A DNA stretch of 64,000 bases from positions 1 to 64,000 of the forward strand of contig RSEE01000012.1 of the NCBI GenBank assembly GCA_003971905.1, read 5' to 3'. Position 1 is the first letter of the stretch, and each line of letters begins with the position of its first letter. Origin of the DNA: Moniliella sp. 'wahieum' (Eukaryota). This document shows, in pieces, positions 36,134 to 49,470 of this stretch. The notes beneath the pieces are model-generated. The model was given only the letters and a program-made list of their open reading frames with translations. It ran no database searches and was not told the DNA's origin. The translations under genes and the position numbers were made by a program.

Positions 36134-39100
36134 TTATGTGTCCGACACGACACGGCGGTGCAGCTTGTCGGACTGCATGCTGAGCCGCTTGGCCCTGGAG
36201 CGCAGCGAGCCGTGAGGGATTTGTGGGGTGAGAGTGGTTCGTGCGGATGTTTCGAGGTGGGCGTGCTGTTCACTTCCGTGGAGGGGGGTGCACCAGCGCG
36301 CTGCTGTTCTGGGGGGATGGGTCGGGCGTGGGAGCAGCAGCCCCATCGCAAGTGGCAGATTCTGGCTCTGCGTCCTTGCCCGAATGACCAACAAGGTTGC
36401 TGGCACTGGACCTTGAGCGTGGCAGGCGTGCAGCCCAGCGCCGAAGGGGACGCGGGCGGGGCAGAGGAGGACGCTGAGGCCGTCGGACCATGGTGTTTCC
36501 CTCCTCCGCCAGTCAACGAAAAGAGGGACCGACACGACCGAGACGCTGCCCATCTGCCTTGTCGCCCCCTTGTCCGAACCAAAGCCTAATCCCGCAAGAC
36601 CCAGGTCCGGCAGGCCCAAGTCCAAGCGCCAATCGCGCTTGCGCACCGCATCGGGGTTGAGATGAGCAAATACTTCGTAGGCGTGTTTGGCATGCTGCCC
36701 AATCACCGCGTCCGCGCGCAGCGTCGCCGCATGCGCATCCGACAGCCCAGAACGCACAACGAGCTTGACCTTGAGCGTGCCAATCTGGGTAAAGTCATGA
36801 TGGGCAGCAGTGATCTCAGGACCGAACCGTCCAAGTCCTTCCTCCTCCTCACCATCCATCGTGAACGACTTGGCAATCGTGACTGACGACGGTACGTGCT
36901 GGTGCTGGCGCGAATCGTAGTAGCGGCCCTGGTCTGCGCTGGTGAGCGAAAGAGGGGTGAGGTAGTTGCGCGAAAGGATCTCCAAGTTCTTGCCGATCAC
37001 CAGGGGCAACTCGACCCACGTCTCCACGTTGTCCTCCAAATCCGTCAGCCAGCCCACAGCGATCGCGTCCGAGCGACGCTGCTTGATACGGTCGCCCATT
37101 GCGGCCACTGGCCCGCCTGCTGCGCCCAGCCCGCCCGGACCTCCAAACAAGAATCCCACCGGGGCAGAAAGCGATCGTACACCCCAATTCGAATGGGTGC
37201 GCCATTGGCCCCGGCGGAACTGATGCCCGCCTCCGAGTCGGCCGTCAGCGCGGTCGCAGGAAGCGTGGTGGTGTCTCCGTCAGAGAACTCCTCTGCCTCC
37301 CCCGGGTCTTCGGACAGATTGATTTGGAGGCAATGTCGGTCCAACCGCTTGATCTGCCGACCGATGGAAACGTACGAGGCACGGCGCATTACGTGTCGCA
37401 TTTTCCGGTGCGCACGGTGCGAGTCCACTTCGCTCCGAGGGAGGAATCGATGGTAATCGGGGACAGGATCTCCACCGTCGCCGTCTGAGCACCGACCAAG
37501 ACCCGAGGCAGATGGAGCTGAACCGAGCGGAAGAGGAGGTTGATGCTAGCCTTGCCTACGCCAGCCCCGTGCTCGATCTGGAACCGTTGGCGCAGCTGGC
37601 TCGATTTGGTCAGCAAGCGCGGCAAGTCCAGAGGACAATGCCAATGATGGGGTCGTAGGCGCGCACCACCGCATCACGTACGCACACCACCACCCTGCAC
37701 TCGCGCCAGTCGCGCACAAAGATCTCCACTGACGCATCAAAGAAGGGCATGTTGGTGTACTGCCGCACCCCGTCGTGTGTACCACCTCCCCATCCACAAT
37801 CACCTCCAGTACGATGACGGCAGCTTCTCTTCTCCGCCCACGCCTGTCTCGCGCGGCGCCCTCCTCCAACCCTTCAATGTTCTCCACCCAATCCGAAGCA
37901 CGCCCGACGGCCAATTGGGGTCGGGGGGCGAGTTACTGGCATCCAAGTCGGGATCAACGGTGCGATTGCCAAACACGTTCGTGTTTTCTCGTGCTGGCGC
38001 AGGGGCACGCGCTTCCAAGGCGGCTTTGTGAGCCAGCGCCTCCCGTGGACTCGTCCTTTCCTTCTACCACGGCACGGTTGCGATCTTCCTCGTCTTGGAT
38101 GTGGTGTAAATACGCTCCTTGGCACTCTGGCACATCGCGTCCGTGTCATTGGCATTTTTGCCTTGGCGCTGCGCCTGCCGCCGGACCCGGCGCTGAGCGT
38201 CCTGAACGCGAGCTGAACGGCCGAGTTGTGTTGCGCGCGGCTAAACTGGGCCAGTTCAAAGAACCCGATCCGATAGGTTAACCGTCCGGCCATCGAGTCT
38301 GCATCTTCAAAGCCCATCAGACCCTCGGTGTACTCGATGAATTGGTTTGGCGTCTCCATCAGATCAATCACGTTTTTTGTATGAGCAAGCTCATCCGTTA
38401 GCAGGCAGGCACAGCCACACTCCACTCAGGGGGAGGGGGGTGGAAAAAACAACGTACCGCAACACGACCAACAATGTCATCCGCAGTGTGCATATCCGAG
38501 TCCCACAACTGCAGCGAAATCTTTTCTTCGGCCATAATGTCGTCCTTGGTGATCAAGACAAGGCCGTTTCGTTCCAGACCGGGTTCAGATCCTTAAAGAT
38601 GATTCGGGTCGAGTACAGAGGCCGTCCAAACTTGGCCAGGGACACAATAATGTAAGGATCCGAGTACCCGTTGGCATCCTGGCTACTCAGGCCATCCGCC
38701 GCAATAATCTGTACCACCACCACACCCACCGCGTCCGTCTCCTTCTTTGCACCCTCGCCCGCCATTGCCTCGGCTAGATTGACCGTGATGGACTTGGGAA
38801 TGACATAGGCCCGGCAAACCGTAGCCAAGGTACTTTGGACAAAGCGGTGGGCAAACGGCAGGTCAATCAAGTTGGGGCACCACACCGAAAACGGTCGCAC
38901 ACTAACCGAAACCAAAGGTGTCCCCAATAAGCCTACCGACACATTCCGCATATACGGCGGCTCGGAAATCAGCTGCGCACGCACACGAACCGAAACCGAC
39001 AGTTGTTCGATCGCGATCCAGATGGGGAAGGGGATCACACGCCCGAGCAGCTTAAACAACACATTGATCGCCAAATGTGCATTGCTCGACGCGCCCGTGC

Positions 39101-40768
39101 GCATCCCCGCGCTGCTGTCCGCCCAATGACCGCGATCCAAAGCGTCATACACCAAGGCAAGTTCATAGTTCAAAAAGTCTCCACTTTCCTCGTCATCCGA
39201 AACGCCATCCCCATCCACGTCGTTAGGGTCGTTGGACCCATTGCGCGCTTTGTCTCCCGCACCGTCTGCGGCGCCATCCGCATCGGACACCATTGTTTGG
39301 TTCTCCTCTTCTGCCTGGCTCGGACGAGGCTGGATACTTGCGTCGTCCACACTACCCCTCGGCTCCGACTCGGAGGTGCCGCCGTGAACGCCATTGGCCT
39401 CACCAGCTGGCAGAGACGAGGTAGCCGAGGGCGTAGGGGGACGCGGAGAGGACTTGCGTGGCTGCCTCACCGAACCGTCCGTCGATGTTGGACCGGACAC
39501 GGGAGAGGACTTGCCTGGAGGGCTGGAGGAACGGCCACGATGGGACAGGCCCAGGTTCATCCACGTTTCGCGTGGGTAGTTGGGGTCGGTCATCAAGTCG
39601 GCCAAGCCACGTACCGAGACGACCTGCGGTGGGCGAATGCCGAATCCCAGATCGTCAATCTTGACGCCCGAAATGAACGGCGGCAAGGAAGGTTGGATCG
39701 ACGCCTCGATCGAGTCGGCAATGGGCAGAAACTGTTGTGGGTCGAGCTGGCGCCAAAGGGTGGCGATAAAGGTATTGAGCCAGCCTGCGCTTTCGGGAAC
39801 AGGGGGGGGTAGCGAGTCCCGCGAGCTTGGTACATCCGCGACTGCACTTGCTTCAACTCGGTCTCGATCCGCTCTCCAGCCAAGTAGAGCGCGTAGCGAA
39901 GCACATAGGCCAGCACCACAAGGCCAAGAGTGCGGTACGTGAAGCGGAACCAGGTCTTGACCCAGCTCATGTTGCTCGAAGGGTTCACGTCCAGCAGCAC
40001 CGTCAAGATCCAGACGAGGGTGAGTGCGATGGTGCAGGACGTGGCCAAACGGGCAAAGAGCACCCGGGTGACTTGCGTCGCCTGGGGAGTGGAGGCATCG
40101 GGACGAGGGGGGAAAGGGTAGAGGAGCGCATTGCTGGGCTGGGCAGGGTAGACACTGGTATAGAGTTCGTTGTGCTTCTTGAGCTTGCGGCGGGGCAGGG
40201 TGCGGGTGCTAAAGCCAATGCCATACAGCGAGTTGAGCATTTGCGGGTCGACGACCATGTGCGGGCTCGAGTCGGTAATGACTACATCGGTATTGGTGAT
40301 CGGGTCAGTGACGACGCGCGCGCCGCGCGCCTGGAACGCTGCCGGCTTTTCGGGGGCCAGCGGCCTGCTTGAGATGCTCCTTCTCCCGCGCCTGAGCCTC
40401 GGCATCCTCGTGGGCTACCCAGTGGGGTGGACGTAGGAGGGCACGCGTTCGGCACTGGAGACAGGCTCGGACGGAGAGGGCGGCGGGCGGGAGAGCGTAC
40501 TGCCGGGAGCGGCTGGGGGCGAGAGGGGCTGGGATGGGTTGCTGGACGTGAGGGGCGTTGGGGGCTGCGGCGACTCGGAGCGGGAGGAGTGGGCGGAAGA
40601 GAGGTCGGGGGCGGGCTGGCTACGGTCTGGCACGGCGTTGGAGGCTGCGGGGCCGTCGGGCGCGGGACGCTGCGGGGGGGCGAGGTCGGGATGCTCGTTG
40701 AGGTACTGGTTGACGGTCGGGATGGGCCGGCGGGAGGACCAGCCGCTGCCGTAGTGGTAGGTGGCCAT
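36134..40768 (-). CDS. SMP + C2 domain membrane-contact protein (Meu6/tricalbin-like)
   Basis: N-terminal GWSSRRPIPTVNQY, VTDPITNTDVVI, two TM helices, PESAGWLN, PIADSIEASIQPSLPPFISGVKIDDLGFG (SMP), C2 domain DANGYSDPYIIVSLAKFGRPLYSTRIIFKDLNPVWNET, DNVETWVELP; intron ~38400-38456. Confidence 0.88.
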
Positions 40769-40904
40769 CGCAGCGGGAGCTGGAGAGGGAGGTGGGGGTG
40801 GAGGTGGAGGTGCAGAGGGTGCTGGGGAAGGCAGCCAGCCGAAGACGAGGAGGCCCCACGGATGGTCTGAGTGGACTGTCGAGAAGGAGGGGTGCTCAGC
40901 AGAG

Positions 40905-40912
40905 TGACGTCA
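40905..40912. promoter_or_regulatory. CRE/ATF-type palindrome TGACGTCA in a divergent promoter
   Basis: Perfect TGACGTCA between the divergent starts at 40768 (-) and 41211 (+); another copy at 44594-44601 upstream of SPT5. Confidence 0.35.
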
Positions 40913-41210
40913 TGGTGGCCGGGCCCATCGGCGGTGGCATGTGGCATGTGGCAGCGCACAGATCAGCGACGCTTCACCGGTGGGCGCCCTCAGCGGCTCA
41001 GCGCGCCGGGCTTGGCCGGTGGGTTTACGCGGTAGGATTCCGATGCTAGCCACTAGTTGTGGCGAGCTAGCTTTAACCCCGTTGCAATTGAAACCAAACC
41101 GCCTGGCGCTGGTTGGCGTTGCCGCCGGCTGCCACATCCACGCCGCCCTCGCCGCTCCCACCCCCACCCCCCCCCCCACCCCACCTCCTCCTCCTCCTCG
41201 TCTCGCCGCC

Positions 41211-44178
41211 ATGGATGACGACGCACGGCTTGGCGATGCGCCTGACCACGACCTCCTCGACCGCCTCGAGGTCGAGGATCTGCTGGGCGCACTCCCCGCC
41301 TTCCGTCCCGCCGTGCGCCAGTACGCCCACGCCGCCCGCCGCAGCCTCTCGGTCGAGCTGGAGCGTGAGCGGGTGCTGCCTCCGCCGCCCCTCGAGCCCC
41401 CAGCTGCTGATCCGTCCCAGCTCTCCCCTCCAGCTCCATCCCATTCCACACCCAAGGCGACGACGATGACGACATCTACAGCGACGACGACAGCGACGGG
41501 CCCAGCTGCCGCGTCTGTCTGACTGGCGACGACCCCTTGGCCGACGATGGCGCCGGAGGCCAGCTGGGACCCCTGATCGCTCCGTGTCTCTGCAGCGGCT
41601 CCGTGGCCTGGATCCACGTTGGATGTCTGAAGCGCTGGCGACACTCCTCGACCAGCACCACCGCCGCCGCCGCGTGTCCCCAATGTGGTCTGCGCTACCG
41701 CTTCTCTCCCCCCCGCGGAGGCCCAGCGGCCGTCTGGGCGGCGTACTGCCAGCCACTGCGCCTGCTCGCCGCCGCGTTGCTCGTGCTGGTGCTGGCGTTC
41801 TCCACTGGCCTCATGTCCATCTCTGCCATTCAGTTGCTGGGCACCTGGACATCCACCACCTCCATGCTCCGATCCTTGACCTCCCCGTCCCCGCCCACGT
41901 ACCACATCCACCTCGCCAGCCCGGCCTTTGATCACCGTCACTCACTATGGACCGGGCCGGCCGGGCGACTCACTCAATTGGCGCCGTGAACCACTCGACT
42001 CGGTCGCCCGTTCGAGCCTGGAAGCCATCCGGCTTGTGTTCGAGACCAAGCGGACAGACCCCGCATGGGTCGAGATGCCTGAGCTATGGTCGTCCCAAGA
42101 AAACTACGACCCACTGCTTGCGCAGCTGGATGCTTCAGACGACATTCCCTCCCCGCCAAAGTCCAAGTCCCCGCTGACCTTTTTGTTCTCCTTTTTCACC
42201 TCGCCCCCCGCGCCGGAATCTCTCGAATCTCTCTCACCCGACCAACCGGACGACCTCGAGTTGCCCCTGTTTCATGTCACTGAGGAAGATGCGGAGGACG
42301 ACGTTTTGTTTTGGGGCGGCGAGCCGCGCCCTGCGCGCGCGCCCGCCGACCTGGACATTGATCGGCTGATCGAAGCCAGCACTGCTCCCGATCCAGCTTC
42401 CGCCGACCCAGCCGTCCGCTCTGGTGAGGCCCAGCGGGACACCTTGCCCTACCTGCGTTCAGTCACCATTCGCCACATATATACTGCCGCCTTTAACACG
42501 CATGCTGGAAACTCCATTCGTTCCAACCAGCATTCCAATCCTCGGCCCGCGGCAACTGCAGCTCGCAACGGTCGCAACGGTCGCAATGGTCGGATGCGGC
42601 TATGGGCGGTGGTCAACTGGATCCACTCCTTTACTGACGCTCTGTTTTGGGGTCTTGGGTTTGGACTTCAAGTTGCCGGCTTCATCTTGTCCGAAGGAGG
42701 AAGGGCTTTGGCCGATGGCTTGGCCCGCTCCGGTGCTGGCATGCTCGCCATCTTTGATGCCGACCATTTGCGGTGGGACGGCGTGTTTCTGCTGACGCGG
42801 ATTGGGCTGTTGGGCTTGGTGGCCCTCTTGCGCCAACAATTCGAAGCTGCGTCTCCGCTGCCGCGCATCGTGCCTGGTGCCCACGTTCCTGTTCGGTCAC
42901 GCCAGAGAGTGGTGGCGGGCTGGGTGCTGCAAGTGGTGCTAGCTGCTGGCCCGGCGTTGCTAGGGCCCTACTGGGCCGACTGGTGGGGGGGGTACCCCTT
43001 GTCGGTGTACGGTCGTGCGGGTGTGGCGCAAGAACTGTTCTTTACCCAGACTTTGGCCGGTTCGCCAGGCCTGCCCATCATTGCCGATTCCCTTGGCCCC
43101 CCTCGCCCGCGCGAGCAATACCATTGCCCGTCTTCGTGCCGCCACAACGTCGCGGTGGACCTCGGCGCCTTGGACGGTTCCCGACGACACGGCGGCCGAG
43201 GGTGTGCGGCGCTTGGTGCGTGCCATCTTGGATCCCCAGGACCCGCTGGCGCACGAGACGCCCCTCGACGTCTACCGCGGCTTGGTGGACAGTAGCGAGT
43301 TGCCCATTGGGCACATCAAGCCGTGGGATTCCGTCTCGGTCGTAGCCCGCGCCCAGGCGCAGGACGCTCTGCCGCTGCTCACGCGCGCCCGCGCGCCGTG
43401 ACGCTAGGCGCGCCTATTGTTGTTGCTCTGGCGCTGCTGCACACGATGATCATGCTCTGTCACTCCCACCTCTGGATCTTTTGGGGCCAAATCGTGCTCT
43501 CCTCCCGGCGTCTCTATCGCGAAGGCACACGCTTCTTCCTTACCGGGCCTGCACGTACTCTCTTCCGCTGGCTTCCGGCTCAACTGCAGAGCTGGATCAC
43601 GTGTACCCTTTTAACCCGTGCTGGCGAGCAAGCAGATCAGCCTGCCCACCAGGGCGCCCCCGACCGGCCCGAACGAAAGGCCCGAAAGGCCCGAAGGGCC
43701 ACCCCAAGCCGACATTCACCTGCGCTTGGGCACGTTTGAGCTGGGGTTGCAAATTGGCCCGGGGCCAGGGGCCGAGGGCGAAGAGGAGGCTGGCGAGGAG
43801 CGGGCGGCCCACGCTTGGAGGGCAGACGCACCGGCTGAGAGGGACGATGTGGCGCAAGATGGACACGACGCAGACCACTGGCCGGACGCAGGCGGTAGGC
43901 CAGATGAAGCTGAGCCAGGTCGGGCTCAGGTTCGGGCCGAGGCGGCTGCAGCGGGCAATCGGATCCCCGCTCGTCGTCCTCGTCCTTTGGCCAGTGAGTT
44001 TCTCAGCGACCTGGCCAACCTGTATGGCTCGCTGGAGATCATTTTGAACCATGTCCGTGTGGCTGCCGTCTTGGGCCCCTTCCTGCCCCTGGCAATCATG
44101 TATGGCCGCCTCCGCTCGGTCGAGACAAAGTTGCTTCTGGAGCGCGAGGTGCTGGACTTGTCCCCGCATCGCACCTGA
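41211..44178 (+). CDS. RING-CH (RINGv) membrane-associated E3 ligase-like protein
   Basis: CRVC...LIAPCLCSGSVAWIHVGCLKRWR...CPQC (C4HC3), followed by several hydrophobic segments; ends ...LLLEREVLDLSPHRT. Confidence 0.8.
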
Positions 44179-44687
44179 CTTTTCTCTGGTTCTTTTTGGT
44201 GCTTGGTGCTTGGCCATCGGTCCTTGAGCCTCGAGCCTCGAGCCCTTGGGCTTTGAGCCCAGACCACCAGCGCTGCCACGGCAACCGTATTGTTTCGCCA
44301 CCGTTCTGCCTGCTCCCTGTGTCAATTCATGTCCTACTCACGTTTTCTCCTTCCATCAGCTCTCCCAGTCGCAATCATATTCGAGTTTCGGTCTGTCCCG
44401 GTTGGCTCAGTTAGGGGGTTAGCAGGGTAATCGCACGTGGGGGGCATAGGACGGGAAACAGGGCTCCAGCGGGGATGGCGAAGGGAGGTACGTGATGCAC
44501 GTGATGGACTGCGGGCAGGGCATCACCCGCACATCACACCCTCCAGCCGCCCATTCCGCCCCCCGCGGAAGCCCCGACACATTGCAGACCAGCTGACGTC
44601 AGCCAGGTGCGTTCGGGCGGAGGCGGCGGCAAACCGGCAGACGGCAGCCGGCCCAAGAGCCTTCTCTCGGCTCTCTCCTCCACCACC

Positions 44688-47600
44688 ATGTCCGACGAGG
44701 AGCGCTACCGCACCAAGCACCCCTTCATCGACGACGAGGTCGAGGAGGACGAGGAGGAGGACGAGGAGGACGACGACGAGGAAAACGAGGATGTGCGCCC
44801 TGCCAAGCGTCCGCGCAACCGCTACATTGAAGACGAAGCCGCCGTCGACGACGACGACGAAGACTTGGACGACGAAGATGCGGATTTGGTTCAGGAAGGT
44901 GCGTGGGTGGCGTGCATGGGCGCTGGCGTGCGGTGGCTGACTTTTGTTCCAGATGGGTTTATTGCGGAGGATGTGGGCGAGGAGGAGGCGCAGGCTGTCA
45001 ATGCGGACCGCGCCAACCGCCGGTTGGACCAGATGCGTCGGCAGCAGGATGACAAGTCGGCCGAAGATCGCAGCCGAGTTTAAGGCGCGCTATGCGCGCA
45101 CCCGTCCGACCGAGAGCGACTTTACCGAAGTGCCGCAGCGCATGCTCATGCCCTCGGTTGCCGATCCCAGCATTTGGAGCGTGCGCTGCAAGATTGGCCG
45201 GGAAAAGAACATTGTGATGACGATCATGCTCAAGTACTTCCAAGCCAGTGCCAGCCAGTCCATGGGCATCATCAGTGCCTTTTGTCGCGACTCGCTTCCG
45301 GGTCGGATCTTTGTCGAGGCACGTCGCTTGGACCATGTCATCTCCTCGCTCAGCGACGTGATGGGCGTGTACACCAGCAACGGCGCCTTTTTGGTTCCCA
45401 TTGAGGAGATGGCCGATCTGCTGAAAATCACCAAGCAGCAGCGTGAGATCAAAACCGGTTCGTGGGTCCGTATCAAGCGTGGGCGCTACGCTGGTGACCT
45501 GGCCCAGGTCCTGGATGCATACGAGAATGGCGAGGAGGTAGGCGTCAAGTTTGTGCCACGCATCGACCTCAACCCACGGGAGGAAGGCACTTACCTCGAC
45601 AATGTCGGCCGCAAGCGCCGCAAGAACCCCAATACCGGCTCTGGCATGGGCGGCGCGGCACTTGCCTTCCGCCCGCCGCCCCGGTTCTTCAACTACGAAG
45701 AGGTGGCCAAAGCGTACCGCCACCGGCCTCCGGTGCCCAAGGGCAAAGGTCGGTACACGTTTATGAACGATGACTATGTTCGCGGGTACTGCGAGAAGGA
45801 CTTGAAGGTGAACGCGTTGGTGCTGGATGGTGTGAATCCTACGTTGGATGAGATCAGCAAGTTTATGGGCGAGACGACAACCGAGTCTCTGGAAAAGAAC
45901 AATGTCAATCTCGGCTTGCTCAAGGAAGCCACTTCCAACGACACCCAACAGGACCTCTTCCATCCCGGGGACCATGTGCAGGTGTTGGAAGGAGAGCAGG
46001 CTGGTGCCCGTGGTGTCGTATCGGGGATTGTGGGTTCGGTTCTGCAGCTTTCGCTGGACGACGAGACGCTGGCCGGGCAAACGGTTGAGGTGCCCCTCTC
46101 GGCGGCCCGCAAAGCGTTCCGGGAAGGTGACCAGGTCAAGGTGATTGCTGGTGTGCATGCGGGCGAGACGGGTATGGTGACCGCGGTGGAGGATGGGGAA
46201 AGCGGGGCGGCAAGCGGGGTGGTGACATTCCTTGCCGACCTGACCAAAGTGGAGGTCCGGGTGTTTGCCAAGGACATTCGTGCTGCCGCCGATGTGGGCA
46301 GTGCGGCGAACAATATTGGCGGGTACGAGTTGCACGAGATGGTTCAGCTGGACGCGGCGACAGCTGGTGTGATTGTGCAGATTGAGCCGGCTCAGTTCCG
46401 GGTGCTGGACACGTCCGGACAAGTGCGTGCGGTGCGCTCGACGCAGATTGCGGGCAAGCGGGACACGGGTCGCTCGACGGCGATTGACTCGACGGGAGAA
46501 CAGTTGAACAAGGGCGATGTGGTGCGGGAAGTGGATGGAGAGCGGCGACACGGAACGGTGCTGCACATCTTTTCCGGCGCTGTCGTCTTTTTGTTTAACC
46601 GTGAAGTGAACGAGAACGGCGGTGTGTTCCTCGCGCGTCCCAAGAACCTTGCCCCCCGGTTTTACACGGGAAAACGCGGCCCAGATCTGACCAAGATGAA
46701 CCCTCAGCGACAGACCGCCGCACCCCCTCCGCAGGTGGCCAACTTTACAGGCAGGGGTCGTGATCCGCTCCGGGGCAAGCACGTGGCCATCCGTCGCGGC
46801 CCGTACAAAACCTATCGCGGCATCATCACCGAAACCCTGGCCAACAACTCGGTGCGTGTCGAACTGCAGAACACTGCCAAAACGCTTACGGTCGAGTTGG
46901 ACAACTTGATTGGCAAGGACCCCAATACGGGGCAGTCGTACCGCCTGTTGCACAACATGCCTGGCCCCGCGCCGGGCGGGATGGGTCCGCCTATGGGCCC
47001 GCCTGGATCGGGGATGCCAATCAGCGGAGTCCCACCGCGGTACGGCTCGGGAGCACCTGTTTCCGGAGTGCCGGCGCGAACGCCTGGGTACGGCGGGGCG
47101 ACGCCTGCCTATGGCGCCCGGACGCCCGCGTACGGAATGGGCAAGACGCCCGCGTATGGCGCCGGGGGGTCGGACGCCAGCGTATGGTGCAGGGACGCGT
47201 ACGCCTGCGTACGGTGCTGGTGGGGGACGGACGCCTGCGTATGGAGCGACCCCGGCGTATGGTGGTGCACAGACGCCTGCGTATGGCGGTGGGCAGACAC
47301 CGGCGTATGGAGGCGGCCGTACCCCTGCCTATGGTGGTGGCCGCACGCCCGCGTATGGCGGAGGTCGTACGCCCGCCTATGGCGGGGCCGTACACCCCCT
47401 ACGGGGGTGGGCGAACGCCTGCCTACTCGGATGTGGCGCCTACGCCATACGACACGACGGACATGGCCACTCCCTTTGCGGCGCCCACGCCAGGTATGGC
47501 ACCTACGCCCTATGCGGCCCCAACTCCCTGCGGCCCCGACGCCCGCTGCGGCGCCTACGCCCGGCGCAGGGTTGCTAGAGGACGATGGCTACACGCCCGG

Positions 47601-48013
47601 TCCCGGCCCGACGCCCTGGACGGCACCTTCGACGGCGGCGCAGCTTGCGCAGGAAGAGGATTCGGGTCCGGACGCGCCGCTGGCTGGGTCGCGGGTGTAT
47701 GTGCGTGCGGAGGCGGGCGGGGAGGGTGGAGGCGTTGATGGCGCACGATGGGGAGCAGGCGACGGTAGCGTCGGTCAACGAGGCTTCGAGTCGGTGCACC
47801 ATCTCGCTCGATTCGGGCGGCGAGGTGGAAGCTGGGTATGTGCATGCGGAACCCGTGCGGCCTAAGGTGGGCAACTTGTGCTTGGTGATGAATGGCGAGC
47901 TGCGCGGTACGCGTGCCACGCTCAAGGGCCTCGACGCGGACGACGCCATGTTTGTCATGACCAATGGCCGCACCGACTGGACCAAGATCCACCACCTGGT
48001 GTTGCTCGCCTAG
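44688..48013 (+). CDS. SPT5: Transcription elongation factor Spt5
   Basis: Acidic N-terminus, NGN domain ([27 protein letters not shown]), KOW motifs ([40 protein letters not shown]), TPAY CTR repeats, C-terminal KOW-like region; intron ~44899-44952. Confidence 0.98.
47077..47426 (+). repeat. Spt5 CTR coding repeat, about 15 copies of G(G)xTPAY
   Basis: Repeated acgcc(t/c)gc(g/c)ta(t/c)gg units encoding RTPAYG. Confidence 0.9.
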
Positions 48014-48949
48014 CATTGCTGTGCTTGCGAAAAGATGTGCTTGTGATCTTTCCGATTGGGATTGGCGTGGTAAAGGCGGGGGAGGGCAGGTATAGACACT
48101 GTAATAAGGTAGTACCTACACTTGTGCGACGGCACGGATCTGTCAGTCCACTGCACATTCCGTTCCAGAGACAGCCTGATGAGCACGAAGCATGCCATCG
48201 TCCCAGGTTTGTGCGGTGTGTGCTAGTAGTGGGCACGCAGCTCACTGCAGCCTGCTAGTAAAATAGCCTGTTAAGCAAATGAGCAATCTTCTAAGTAGTG
48301 CTTGGCTGCTAGTCTAGTAGTCCAGCTCATGTTCACCCCCCCCCGGCTGATTAGGTTATGGGCCCCACCGCAGAGGGGACGGGCATGTGGTGAAATTGGG
48401 GAGCACTAAGGGTGGGATGCGGTGGTATCAGTGAAGGCGCGCACGAATACTTACGCGTGGAAGGCCGAGATGTCCTCAATAGTAGGCGAAACGAGGTCAA
48501 CAGGGCCTCTTCCCTGAGCCTGACGTGCGTCAGAAGAGAACTTACAAGCTGCCGTCAGCTACTAGGGCCGCCATGAAGTCTTGGTTGTTGCCTGTCGCAG
48601 GCTGTTCTAAAGGAGAGTATACTAGAGTATACTAGCAGGCAACCACATGCGGGCGAGACCAAAGAGACCGAGGCAGAACCATGGCAAGCCCCAAGGAAAG
48701 TCTTAGTGGCACCAAGAACGAAAATACGATCAGAAAGAAGCGGACGACGTGAGGGTGAGAAGCTGTACGTGCTAACCTAAGGTAAGAGGGGCGTTACAGC
48801 AACGTGCAATGGAAGCATCAAGTCGAGGAGAGGTGGGGAGGGGGGGGGGGGCAGAAATGAGATCAAGGATCGATCGAGCAGCCTCGCGGGTCAGCGCCCG
48901 GTGCGGAAGCGAGACAGACGACAGGGAGTAGGGAGAGGGAGAAGCCGGG

Positions 48950-49435
48950 TTACTCTTGGCTCGACACAAGAGGTATCCAAGCGCGGAGGATGTATTCGAT
49001 CCGGGGGAAGAAGTGGTACCGCGCCTCATAGGGACGCAGTTCCGACCGGTTGGCTGCCATGCGGGAGCGCACTTTCTTGAGGACTTTGATGATCTTGCTG
49101 CTGGTCAATTGGTCCGCGGGCACATCCGCAATCAGATCCTCCATCTGACTCAGCACCACATCGATCAGATGCATCGTTTCCTCTGTCGCCGGGGTGGATT
49201 CAGGGCCGAGGAAGGACCGTTGCAGCTTGAAGCGCACGCCTTGGCCGGGGTCACCGGGTGCTCACTGGAGGACGAGGGGTCGCGTGATACGGAAAGGTCG
49301 GGCGCAGCAGAGAGGGATGAAGCCTTACGTTTCTTACCGGCCCTGGAGGTAGCCGGTGCGTTGACAGAGTTTTTGTCGAGGGCCACTGTTGTTTCCGCTT
49401 CCACTTCCTCATCCTCTTGCTCCTTTTCATCATCC

Positions 49436-49470
<35 letters not shown>

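Noticed and set aside
47077..47426. CRISPR-like or satellite array
   Set aside because: The repeats encode the Spt5 CTR; there are no unique spacers or cas genes, and the context is eukaryotic.
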